From the NCBI RefSeq assembly GCF_009914755.1, contig NC_060935.1: DNA of 64,000 nt. The stretch is one strand, 5' to 3'. The notes under the pieces were generated by a model. It had not been told where the DNA came from. It did not search any database and worked only from the letters and a program-made list of their open reading frames with translations. This stretch comes from the human T2T-CHM13v2.0 reference genome, Homo sapiens. Position numbers and translations under genes: made by a program. Shown piece after piece: positions 13,048 through 25,260 of the stretch; the first letter of the stretch is position 1; the number at the start of each line of letters is the position of its first letter.

Positions 13048-13805
13048 TGTCATACCCCCAGGTGTTGCCCCAGGGCATGCAGCAACTTAATCTGTGGGTC
13101 AATAGGGAAAGAGGAGGAAGCTAACTACAGGCAGGTCGGGTACTGGTGGTGTTCACCCTGGTGCTAACGCTGTTTCTCAAGTGATGGTGTCCGGTCCAAA
13201 TCAGTGTCCCAGTGAACTCAGGAAAGCTGATAGATTCAGTTCGGTGAATGGATAACTCCAGCAAAGCTGATGGTTGCTATTAGGTTGGTGGTGACACATT
13301 GCTTCTCCTGGTGCAGGTAGTGGCAGAGCTTTAGACATTTCAGAGATGATTCTAGCCAGGGACCAGGGGTGGGTTGAACATTAAATATTCATCAAGATAA
13401 AGTTCAATTTATTTGGAAGAAAGACTGACATTGGACACATAAGCTGGAAAGTTCTAAAAGAGATAGATATGTAGATCAGGGCAACAGCGCTGGAAGAGAA
13501 TTAGAGTGCAACTCTAGAACTAGACAGAAGGCAGCCATGGTCACTAGGAAGACAAGGTGAGCACTGGTGAGAAAGGTTAATCTCAGTGGGCCTCTAAAAG
13601 CTTCATGAGGCTTAGTCCTGGGCCCACTGTGTACCCAGCTTAAGGAAGCAAGGCCAATTTTAGACCTTCCACTGAAGATGGGGCTGGGCCCCAAATAAGT
13701 TACTAGGATTGGTCAAGACAGGAACAGGAACTGGGCAAATCTGAATCTGTAATTTGGTCTGCAGTACCTATAGGTGGGCAGGACTAGAGATGGCAGGGGT
13801 TCACA
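13048..13805. mobile_element. Putative ancient solo LTR (family uncertain)
   Basis: TG...CA ends with imperfect inverted termini (TGTCATACCCCC / GGGGTTCACA) and a minus-strand AATAAA near 13410. No clear TSD. Confidence 0.35.
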
Positions 13806-13863
13806 GCAATAAGATTAGCAACTTTTTGAACATAAACCTATAAATTGTAATAAGCAGTGTTTC

Positions 13864-14181
<318 letters not shown>

Positions 14182-14434
14182 TCAGATTGGTTCCTAGACA
14201 CTCTAGTAGCTCTATTAACTCTGTATAGAAGAGCAAAACTGTATGTAAATGTTTGTGTAGGTGCATGTGTGTATGTGCACACATGGGCTTTCTCTTCCTT
14301 AGCAGACTGGGATAAATTTTTCAGGAGTAAGGAGAAAGTTGGGGTCACCTAGTCCAGAGAAGAGAAGGCCAAGAAATAGAATCAAAGTAGTCATTCAATC
14401 CAGCTCCTTATTGGCAGGCAAGACTTATGCTAAA

Positions 14435-14650
14435 CTTATTACTATTAATAATAATGCCAGGCACTCTTTTAAACATTTTATATGAATCAACTAATTTAAT
14501 CATCACAGTAACCTCACAATACCTCTGAGAGGTCAGTTATTATTAACCACACTTTTTAGATAAGGAAACTGACACACAGCTGAGAGGTTAAGTAACTTGC
14601 CCAAGGAACCAAGAGTCAAATCCAAACAGTCTACTCCAGACTCTCATGCT
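14435..14650 (-). mobile_element. MIR SINE
   Basis: AGATAAGGAAACTGA...GAGAGGTTAAGTAACTTGCCCAAGG core. Confidence 0.85.
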
Positions 14651-15068
14651 GCAAATGATGAGAAAATCTACAAGTTCTCAAGGGCTGACTTACAGAAATG
14701 GTTTAGAAATCCTCCAAATTCCAGATTCTAGAATTGTGTGGGTTCAACCCTGTCTTCCCTTCCTCCTAGGAAAACTTGCAGGCCTTGTGAGGAGTAACTC
14801 AAGATGGAGGATGTGGATTACTCCGATGTCTGAGAATTGAGCCTTGGAGGGGCTGAGGGACTCGCCATGCAGGAAGAGGGTGTCTGGGTAGTGAGTGAGC
14901 CTGGCCAGGCAATCTCAGGGCTCCCCAGGCCACATCTCACAATAGGTATTGGGTACACACTACTTCCACCCTGAATCCTCACTGGCAGCCTCCCTGGTCC
15001 CCAACAAACAGATGTAGTCATGGCATCTGCATTCATTGTTCAAGAGGTAAAAGATAGTTTGTGTTGCA

Positions 15069-15414
<346 letters not shown>

Positions 15415-16539
15415 CACATTCATCTCCTTAAATAACAACCTTGGACCCTCTACCACTGCCTCTATTCTTTCCAGAAATCTCTCTCCATAGTGGATCACAG
15501 ACTAACACTTATTATGACCTGTTTAGAGAGAATGAAAAAACTACCAGGCAAGTTACAGGTACATAGCTTAGTTATAACATATGACTTCATCTGGCTTATC
15601 ACCCATGTCTGCCTTCTCAGTTTCAACCTGGTTCACTCCAGGCAAATAAGGTGATCATTTTGCCCACTTTGATTCTAGAGAGAAACAAAATTCCTTCCGG
15701 GGAGGTTTACTCCCTGAGCCAGCCCACTGGCAGAAGGGATCCTGCCATTGTTCAGCTGATACCCCATCCTGGCACTTCCCGAATGCTTATCCTTTCTCTG
15801 GCAAGTTAACTCTAGGCAGCAGCATCTCCAAGTCCCACCTTCATCTGAAGAGATCAGATCACTTTTCTTCGATTGAAATAGGCATGCAATTCTGACAAAC
15901 ATAAGACTTGGGAGAGGGGTCAGTTTCTACAAAGCCATGTTGAGTGTCTGTATTAGTTGTATTGGGAGAGCTTTTGCCCATGAGGTATTTCTTTTTGTTT
16001 TGAGTTTTCATCCTGTTTATTTTAGGAAAATAAAGATTGACTAGCCAGGTGCACCTCTCATCCTAAAGAAACACATTTGTCCATTATGTTTCAAAAGAGA
16101 GGTGAAATCTTCCTAGTTACTTGGAAGTCCTCTATTGGAGCCAAGGGCAGCAGGTCCAAAGTGGGAAACTAGACCTAGGGCCATCTACTGAAAATCTCAA
16201 TCAGGTAGGAAATCTCAGGCTGTGATGGGAATGTGGATGGTCATTCTTCCAAAGTCCCATTTCCATTTTTCCCCTGTGTCTCTCTTTTAGATGAACAGAC
16301 TTAATCAAAGATTGAGAGAGATGTGCTGGGATTAGATGCAGTTCGAGATGCAGCTGAAGAGTCTCATGCTTCATCTTTTCACTCCCAATATAAAAATCAA
16401 GGGAAATCCCATGGCGTGGGAAGAGATTCATTTGTCCCTTAAATAAACAAAACACAAAGCACTCAGGAATGTGAAGAAAAGAGCTCTGAGGAGATACAGT
16501 CATGAGGGGCTGCACGTGTAGCACCCAAAACATTCCTCT

Positions 16540-16842
16540 GGCTGGGTGTGGTGGCTCATGCCTGTAATCCCAGCACTTTGAGAGGCCAAGGTGGGTGGAT
16601 CACAAGGTCAGGAGTTCAAGACCGGACTGACCAATATGGTGAAACCCCATCTCTACTAAAAATACAAAATTAGCCGGGCGTGATGGCGCTTGCCTGTAAG
16701 CCCATCTACTTGGGAGGCTGAGGAGGAGAATCGCTTGAACCCAGGAGGTGGAGTTTGCAGTGAGCCAAGATCATGCCATTGCACTCCAGCCTGGGCGACA
16801 AGAGCGAGACTCCATCTCAAAACAAAACAAAACAAAACAAAA
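16540..16842 (+). mobile_element. AluS with (CAAAA)n tail
   Basis: GGCTGGGTGTGGTGGCTCATGCCTGTAATCCC...GATCACAAGGTCAGGAGTTC...GCGACAAGAGCGAGACTCCATCTC. Confidence 0.95.
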
Positions 16843-17989
16843 GCATTATTTCTGAGTTTCTCCCTTTATCCCTGTCATACCTGACACTCAATTGTCCCTT
16901 TGGGCTCAAGACAGAAACAAAGGAAATTCCGTCTCCCACTTCCTCGAGTTATCTAGAGAAAGGCTATTCTAAAATTGAAAAAAAGCTAAATGGAAATGAA
17001 GAAAATACAAAAATTCACAATAATCTGCAGCTTAAAATACAGGTATTTGTGCAATAAATGATCCTAGTGATTGGGCAGGGAAGCCCAGCTTCACTCCACA
17101 TGCTGTCTTTTGGGGTCTGCCAGAGGCTCTCTCTTTTAGTTCTGGAGCTGTTCCCCTTCTGAGCTCTGAGGTGAAGGTCTAGTCAGGTAAATGTCTGACA
17201 GTCCCTTATAGCTATTAGTAAAAAGGCGAGCTGCTGTCCCATCCCCAGGGAACGGAGCACCCCTTAACTTCCTCCAGGATCCCACCTATGAGGAGCGAAT
17301 GCGAACAGTCCAAACACGCCATCTGTTCATTGAGGGGAGGGGTGAAAGAGCCTTTTCTTCCTAGGACCTTTGACAAATTCTGGCAGTGTCCACGGCACTG
17401 TAAAACAAAACAAGAGAAAATTCAAGCTCATGCTGCCAGTTCAGTTTATTTCGGTTTCTCCTTTTCTGCAGGCATCAGGTACATTATAGACAGGAAAATT
17501 GCATTTCAGAAACAGCACCTGTCAGAGCTAGGCAGGCAACACCCCCAGCCCCCGTCAGCACCAAATGCTTTTAATTAACTTTGGACACTTCCGTGCCTCG
17601 CACTTTATTTCTGAATGTTATTGAAAGTTGTCAGAACTTGTCTCACTTTTTTTCTTTTATTATTAATGTGTAAATACAATGCCTCAGGAGTGTTACTAAA
17701 ACACAGAATCTAATCCCAGGAGATTAATTTATGAACGCAGCATAGGGTGAAGTTGCATCCTGGAGACTGCAAATTGATGTTGGTAAGAGCCACAAGCATC
17801 GGCCTCTCCAAACCCACGGGGATCCAGAAGGCCGAGGGGAGTGGAGGCAAGGAGGGATGGTGGGGGGAGAACGACTCTGCCGATTTTTGAGACACCCCCA
17901 GGAAATAGGACCTTAGGTTCCTCTTGGTGGGGCAGATGAGAGTAAGGCTACCTTTCTCTCCTGATGGGGCAGTGTCCCCTGCAAGTCCA

Positions 17990-18310
17990 TCCATTAGCCA
18001 AGTCCATGGGCATTTATTGAGCACTTATGCCACATCAATCTATGCTCGGCTCTGTGGGAATCAAAACAAGCAAAGCAGTAGTTACTGCTTGTGATGACCT
18101 TATCTCTGTGGGGGTGGCGGGGGGAGTCAAACAGGCATTTGAAACTATTGGAGAACAAAGCCAGACTCAAGCAAGTATGGGATTGTGTGCAGCAGATTTT
18201 AAGTGCACAGTTCTGGTGGATAGGAGAGTCGGTGTGGACTGCAGTGGTCAAGTTAAGTCTGGAGCAGAGGAGTTGCTGGGTGGATATGCTAATCTCAAGC
18301 ATAAGGCAGG
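17990..18310 (-). mobile_element. L2 LINE 3' end
   Basis: CATTTATTGAGCACTTATGCC terminal motif followed by a degenerate body. Confidence 0.65.
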
Positions 18311-19502
18311 GGAGTTAAGGATGGGGCGCCCAGGGTCCTTTGTGCGGAGCAGGGCAGCTTGGCTACGGTCATCTTTATTTCCTCGAAGGCCAGACAATCT
18401 GCGGGGAACGTGGGGAGGGCTCATCTGTTTAGAAGCTGTGCTTTAGGCAAGCTTGAGAAAACATCTGTCCATCCTTGTCCAAAGTGGGTAGCTAAGGACC
18501 CCTGGCAGAGAATCACCCATCTTGGGAGCTCTGAGCACCAAGGAGGAAAGCCCTCCGAATTTGAGCGGTGGTTCTCAATGGGAAAGAGAAAAGGAGTTTG
18601 CCCATAGCCAAGGGGAGAAGCTGGAGCAGGGTTAACCTGCGGCTTGGGGTTCAGTTGAGCAGGCTGGGCGCCCGGCATGGGAGGTAGAGGTAGGGAAGCT
18701 GGGCCTTCCCTTCGTCTTTTCTGCGACCAGGGACGGGTGGCACCTCGTGGTCCGCAGGAATACCTGTGTGGAGGGCTGGGGTTTGGCTCCTGCCGGCTCC
18801 TGGAGTATGCTGGGGGTCCACCCCCCGCCTCCCTGCGTCCCCTTCTCCAGCCTCGCCTCCCCAATGCGCTTCCCGCCTCTGCATCGCCGCCGGCCCCTTC
18901 ACGCCTCTACCTTGGGCGGGTTTGGGGTAAGGGCCGCGCAGACCCTAAGGGAAGGCCCGAGGTCGCCGGAGCTCCTCCTCTCGCGGCTGAGTGAGGGTCT
19001 GGGAGGCCAGATGAAGGGAGCTGCTCGGCTGAGCTGCGGACCAGCGCGAGAGCAGCGGGCAGTGGCGGACCAGCGCCAGGGCAGGGCAGGGGTGGACAGA
19101 GGGCTCTCCCCACCCTTCCCTCCTCCAGTGAAAGTACCAGAAGAGATGGCGGCCGCTCCGCCGAGTGTCATTACCGCGGAAGCAGCAGAAGCCGGCGGCA
19201 GGAGCGGGCCCGAGAGCCCGCGGCCAGTGGCCTGCGCACCCCGCGCCCAGCGCCCCCGCCGTGGGTCATCAGTGTCAGCGTTGAGGGGTCCCGGGGAGCG
19301 GTTGCAGGGCGGCGGCGGCGGCCGGGTCATCAGAAGCACAGTGGAGCCGCCCCCTGCTTTGGGAGGAGCAAAAGAGCCTCTCGCTTGCCTCCCGCTCGAG
19401 CTCCTTCTCCTCTTCCTTTTCCTAGCGCTTCTCTCCCTCCCTCGGCGGGGTCCGCAGAGACAGCTGGGCAGGCGGAGGCTGCGCGCCTCTCGCACCTCCA
19501 CG

Positions 19503-19525
19503 CCCACCCTCCCGCCGCCCCCCCC
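19503..19525 (-). other. G-quadruplex motif
   Basis: Plus strand CCC-A-CCC-T-CCC-GCCG-CCCCCCCC gives four G-runs with short loops on the minus strand. Confidence 0.75.
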
Positions 19526-19606
19526 TCGGCCTGAAAGATCTGCGTCCACACCACCCTGCACCCAGGGCCCGTCAGGTTTTGCAGAAGTTTGCTGAGGGTC
19601 CTCACA

Positions 19607-19654
19607 GGGGGTCTCCCAGGGGAAGGGGTGGAGGGCTGGAGGGGCCGCGGTGGG
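19607..19654 (+). other. G-quadruplex motif (six G-runs)
   Basis: GGGGG-TCTCCCA-GGGG-AA-GGGG-TGGA-GGG-CTGGA-GGGG-CCGCGGT-GGG. Confidence 0.75.
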
Positions 19655-21999
19655 AAGAGGTGGCAGACGCCGCCTGGCAACGGAGACCCTACCCTTTCTA
19701 GAAATTCAGAACGCAGAGAAACCAGTGCCCAGCCCTGCTCTTCAGCAAACGGTGTATTTCAGCCCGAGTTTCCTTCCGGGGGTTTGGCTGTGAGTGTGTG
19801 TGACCTCCCAGATGGCGGCACGGTTCAGATCCCATGCTCCCTCTGTTTCACAGCTGCCAGAGACAGACTCAGGGATTCCGGGCTTTGGAAGAAGGTCAGA
19901 CCATGACCTCCTATCTCCTGTTCTCTTCTCCCCTCACTCATCACCCGCTGGCCACCCCACTCTCTGCACCCCACCATGCATGCTTACTGTAGACCTAATC
20001 ACTAATTAGCCCAAGGGTTGACTGAGCGTGCTGGTGAGAGTAACAGGAGGCAGGTGGATGGGGAGGTGTGATGCTGCGCGCATAGTAGGTGCTGAAAACA
20101 TGCAAGGGCACGATGCACATAAGCTAGACAGAGCCCTTGGTCCTGCTGGGTGCTGGGGGAGTGAGATTCAGAGCAGCAGACCATCAGCCGGGTAGACAGA
20201 GGTCATGGCCCCAGCAGCTCAGCCCCATTAGCTAGGCTGGTGGGAGGCAGCCAGTGCTTTTGAGGGCTCAGACAATCCCTGCGATTCAAGGGCTGCTCTT
20301 TGGAGCTGCTGCCAAACTAATCTCAGGCCTGCAGTCTTGGGCCTTTCCTTTAGTCTCAGCCCACTTGCTGACTCTGCCCTTCAGAGGAGGCCCACTGCCT
20401 CCTCCTGGGGCTGAGGATTAACCCCTAAAAACTGAGTTTTGTTTGCAGAGCTATCTCCAAAGCTGAGGGAGCCTCTGGAGTCTCCTGTTCTTGCTGCTTG
20501 TTGACTAGGGGGATCCTTGAGGTCAGATGGTGCTGGCAGCAGCTCAGCCCCTAGCCCCAGACACATATTCAGTCTGCAAATACAGCAGGAAATCTTTCTC
20601 ACCTGGCCCAGCCATCAGTCCTGGCTTGCCCAGCCCTGCAGGGCACTGCCTAGTAGGCCTTTTCCTACAAGCTCAGCCCCACCCAGCTACGGAGCCTGCC
20701 CTAATTGGGCTAGGAGGGCACTAGCACCTCCCTTTTACTGGTAGGGGAAGTGCTGTACTCAGATGTCTGCCCACAGATTCAGGATCCAGTATGTTTGTGG
20801 CAAACACCCTTCCCTTGATCACCACTAAAGTGGTTCCATTCCTAGTGCTGGGACTCTGCCTTAGTTTCCTAATTAGCACTACAGCCCCCTGAGCTCCAGT
20901 CCCATCTGACTGAGATACTGGCCTCCTCTTGGGCCCTTTCCCACCCACATCCCAGGGAGTGGAGCCTGTTCCTCTTGGCTTCAGGACACTACTGAGATCA
21001 TGGTTTGCCAGGCTGCTCATTCACAGCCACAGCTGTGTTGCTTTTCTGCCTTTGAGGGTCTTTGCTGCCAGCCCCCCACTAATTGTTGGCCTCCCCTTTC
21101 CCCATGGGTACCAACTGCATGCTGAGTCAAGCTGAAGATCCCCTGCTCTACTAACTCAGTCTGCCCCCTATAGCCTGTCAGGCTCCCTGTACTGTCTCTG
21201 CATCTTCTCTGGCTTGATGGAGAGCAAGGAACAACAGTGAGCTTTACAGTTCCTTCTCTATTTATGTATTCTGCATTATAGCCCTCTAGATTTCGAACCC
21301 CTCACCTGGGCTGAGTACCTTACCTTTCAGTAGCCCTGATAGATGAGGCTCTTCTTTGAGAATCTGAGGGGCGATTATGAGTGAGAATCACTCGTAGTGG
21401 TTATACCACTTAATTGGGTGCTTTCTTGGAGACAGCTACTGTTCTAGGCACAAGGTAACAGTGGTGAGAAACCAGCAAAACAACCCAAGGTACAACATGA
21501 GAGAAGCTATAACAGAGGCAGATGCTAGCAAGAGAGAGGGTGAGTCGGGGAACCTCTGACCTTAGACTTCATCGCATCCATTAGTCCCTCCCAGTCTAAC
21601 CCCAAGTAGATAAAGTGGTCAGGGGAAGGAAAGGGAAGAACAAGAACAGAGCTGAACTGGATACAGGGAGCCAGTGTGGGTCGGGAAGCACCCAGATTTC
21701 CCACTGCGTGCTTTGTGCTGTGTGGGTTGAGGAGAAAAATAACCCTGTATTTGACTACCCAGAGCTTAATTGTGATGGAGGTAACAGAGTCTTAAAGTAA
21801 GTAACTCTAATAGAAGGCAGATGATAAAAGTGCTATAATGGGTGTAATCAATATATTACTAATATATGGGGAAGTGGGCACTTTGCTGAAAAGTTTTGAG
21901 GGCGACTTCATGGAGATTTCCTTGATGATATATCGTTATTAAACATTACTCTCAAATAACCTGTATCTCACACATGGAGTAGGATGGTAAATTATTATT

Positions 22000-22580
22000 T
22001 GCAGTGGATATTTCTATGTTTGGGCACCCTGATATCCTCCCTGGCCACTTTTTTGGTAGTGATAGTATACCTTTTTTTTTCTTTTTTTTTGAGATATATT
22101 TTCCATGCAACTCTCAGCACCTTGAGTTTGATGGGGCTCCTTCCGTCATTCTTCCCCTTCAGGTGGAATTTGAGACTCAGGGGTAAACCCAGTCATCACA
22201 CTCCAAGGCCTAAGGTTTGGCGATTGGCTCAGGGATGAGTCCATAACCCAACTTGCCCAGTGAGTGTCTGGCTTAGGACTTAGGTGAATTGTTGGGGGAT
22301 GAGGTAGAGGAAGAGCAGCCTTTTCTCTGTTGGACTTGGGACTAATACAGCTGCTGTCATCTTGCTGCCACCAAGCCTTGAATGACCTGGAGCCAGGACA
22401 TAGGAAGCCCAGTCAAGGGATGGCCAGAGAGAAACTTGACCCTGGAGAGAGTTTCATGAGCCACCAGCTAGATTCCCAAAGCCAGGCCTAGCCCTGGATT
22501 TCTTAATTATACAATCCAATAAATTCCCTCTATTTAGGCACTTTGGTTGGATTTTCTATGACTTGTAACTTATAACCAAA
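22000..22580 (+). mobile_element. Old MaLR LTR (MLT1J/K/L-like)
   Basis: 3' end CCAATAAATTCCCTC...TTGGTTGGATTTTCTATGACTTGTAAC and internal GCTGCTGTCATCTTGCTGCCA. Confidence 0.7.
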
Positions 22581-22589
22581 AATGATGTA

Positions 22590-22730
22590 AGTGATATATG
22601 TTTATTGGGCCCCTCCCATGTGCAAAGCCCTGTGCTCAGTGCTTCTAACTATAGCCTTTCATTTGATAGGTAGCTATTACTCTCTCTGTGTTCAGACAAA
22701 GAATCAGAGTCTCGAGAGGTTGAGACTTTG
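22590..22730 (-). mobile_element. MIR fragment
   Basis: TGTTTATTGGGCCCCTCCCATGTGCAAAGCCCTGTGCTCAGTGCTT...GAGAGGTTGAGACTT. Confidence 0.6.
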
Positions 22731-24119
22731 GGAGATAGGAAGATTACCCTGGGACAGAGATTTCGGAAGCTCATCAGGGCCTTAAATGGTCCCAGCCTTC
22801 AGGGAAAAATGTCAAGAAAGGAGATTTCAGTAAAATAACAAGTTCTTTTTCCAGATTCTCAGCCCTCTTCTTTCCACTCTTCCTGGCATGACTGTTGGCC
22901 CTCTCAAGGCATGAGAAGAGGCAGGACTCATGTTGTTGGTAGATATACAGATTCTGTGGGCTGGTAAATTTGTGGTTCTGTTTTCAAGGCTAAGGTTATT
23001 GCTGTAAGACATCAATATCAAGGGACACCAGGTCACCTGATTGGGGGGGAATTGTATGAGGATAGCAAGAAGCTTCAAATAATTATGCCAGCCTGCTGAA
23101 CCTCATGCAGTCTCTGATTGGCACAGGAAAGTTTTCTAATTCAACTCTCGACCTGCCCTGCTCATGCCAGGGGATCCTCCGGGAAGGGTAGAGTTAATGA
23201 CCAACCTCCTTCAGGAAAGAAAAAGGCTTCAACAACAAAACCCAACAGCACGGAGGGAAGAGACGCAAGTTACCAGCCACAGAAGCTTAAAAAGGAACCC
23301 ACCCACAGCTCTCGCTACAAATGCTTTTAGCCACACGTTAAATCTTCCCTCTAATGGCACCCCCTGTTAAACGAGATATGTCACCCGACCTGAGGAGGCT
23401 GACTTGAAAGGCAAATAGTTGGAAGTGGTTCCACACGTTATTAGTGAGAGCTGTTCTCACATTTCTGGCAAAAATAATGGAGCTGAGGTCTGAAGAGATG
23501 ACTAATACCTCCCCATTACTGACCCAAGGCCGGGCATCACATTGTAATCCTGGCCACTCGGCTGGCCCTTCAAGCATATTTTTCAGTGCTTGTCCTCTGG
23601 GTGCTTTCTGCTGGAGGACTCTGTTAATGTTAACCTGGGCTGCCCAGCCATTGAAATGAGGAGGCTTTTCCTTCACAGGACAGCTTTCGTCTCCATGGGG
23701 GCAGGGGAGGAAGGGCTAGGGCCACCCAGTGCAGAAATGATCCACCCTGATGACTGGGGTGGGTCCCCTGCCTCAAGGAAGAGCTGCATTAGTCCTGTCT
23801 CAGACGCCACACAGGAATCTGTCCTGAGCCTAAGTTTATCCAGAGTCCTATCATATTCTTTAATAGCCTTTACAGGCATTTTACAGCCCTTCCTGTCTGG
23901 AAGTTCTCTGGGTTTAATCTCAAGCTCTCCTGTTAAGATGTTAACCTGTGTCTCCTTCTTTTCCTCCTTCAATAGAATAGGAGAATATTAGATGTATACA
24001 TGTTAAAGAGTGAATTTAACAAAAGCTGACATTTACTGAGAGCTGACTACGTGCCAGTTGCTGCACAGGGTGCCTCGTGTGCATTGGCTCCTTTAATATG
24101 TGCACAGACACAGCTATGG

Positions 24120-25260
24120 CTTGGGTTCCCAGTGACCTTGGGTTGATGTCTCTATCTAATGGACATTTTTTACTCCTCATTTCCCTTGACCTTGCAGTGA
24201 TAGTACACCTTCCTGACCACTCTCTTTCATTGAAATGCCCTCCTCCCTGTTCACTGGGAGATGATGCTCCTTTCTCCCAGAGCATAGTCCTATGCTCCTG
24301 GATTCCTTTCTTCTGTCTGGGGGGCTTTTCCCCAGTCTCTGTGGCAGGCTTGTCCTCTTCTGCTATCTGACATCTGCACAATGGGGCTCTTCAAGTTTTG
24401 GCCCTCACTTCCTCTTACTCTATATTCTCCCCCAAAGGTGATCTTTCCCATGGAATTGGCTTTAATCATCATCCATATGCCAAAGACTCCCTCATTTGCC
24501 TCCAAATCAGACCTCTCCTCTACACTTTAGAGCTGTATTTCCAACAGCAAACCTGAAATCTCCACTTAACCATCTTGAAGCTGCCTCCAACTCAATATTT
24601 TTGAAACTGAATTCACTGCCTTCATTCTCAGTCTTGGCTCTCTTCCATTATTCCTTTCCTCCATGTATAGAAATGCTGTGTTTTCATTTGCACAAACTAG
24701 GAACCTGGGGTCCCCACTCTCTCTGCCCTCTTATCCAGTTGACCACAAGGTCTCTGCTGATTTTACTTCCGAATGATTACTTGGCTCTCTTCCTTAGCCT
24801 TCATTCTCTGCCACCACCACAGGCTAAAGTGTTACAGTCTTCTGCTGGTTCCAGCTTCCTCACTCACCCCACACATGCCGACCCCTCTAGTTATTCTCCA
24901 CACCGCAGAGGGCTCTTTTCAACTCAAATCCTGAACTCTGCAATGGTCTCCCATTGCTCCTAGGGTGTAGACCAAAATCCTTAGCAAGGCCCCACGTGAC
25001 CTGTCCCTGCTATTTCCTTGGCCTCCTCTTATGTTCTTCTCTCCTCACTTTCTGAGCTCCATTGCATGGCCTTCCCTTGGTTCCTTAATCTACACTCCTG
25101 CATGCCTCAGGACTTTTGTGCGTGCTTCTACTCCTGATGCATTATTCTTTCTTTCCCCTTTGCCAATTTAATCTTTGACTCACTCTTCAGCTCGTAACTT
25201 GCATAGCTTCTTGCATCAGCTTTCCGTGATCTTTCAGATCAGATGAGGTTTCTATGACAT
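24120..25260 (+). mobile_element. L2 LINE including decayed reverse-transcriptase core
   Basis: TTGGCCCTCACTTCCTCTTACTCTATATTCTC...GGTGATCT...GGCTTTAATCATCATCCATATGCCAAAGACTCC corresponds to L2 LGPLLFSLY...GF.YHLYADDS. A pyrimidine-rich L2 body follows. Confidence 0.8.

Larger units (their letters stand above)
18660..19830. promoter_or_regulatory. CpG island, probable promoter / non-coding first exon
   Basis: Abrupt rise in GC and CpG density, free of repeats. Contains GCGGCCGC, CCGCGG, GGCGGCGGCGGC, GC boxes and YY1-like GAGATGGCGGC (19143-19153). Confidence 0.9.

Noticed and set aside
18747-19595. 282-aa plus ORF and overlapping 220-aa minus ORF (18899-19561) as real genes
   Set aside because: Low-complexity G/P/R/A composition with no recognisable domain. 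Long ORFs on both strands are expected in a stop-poor CpG island.
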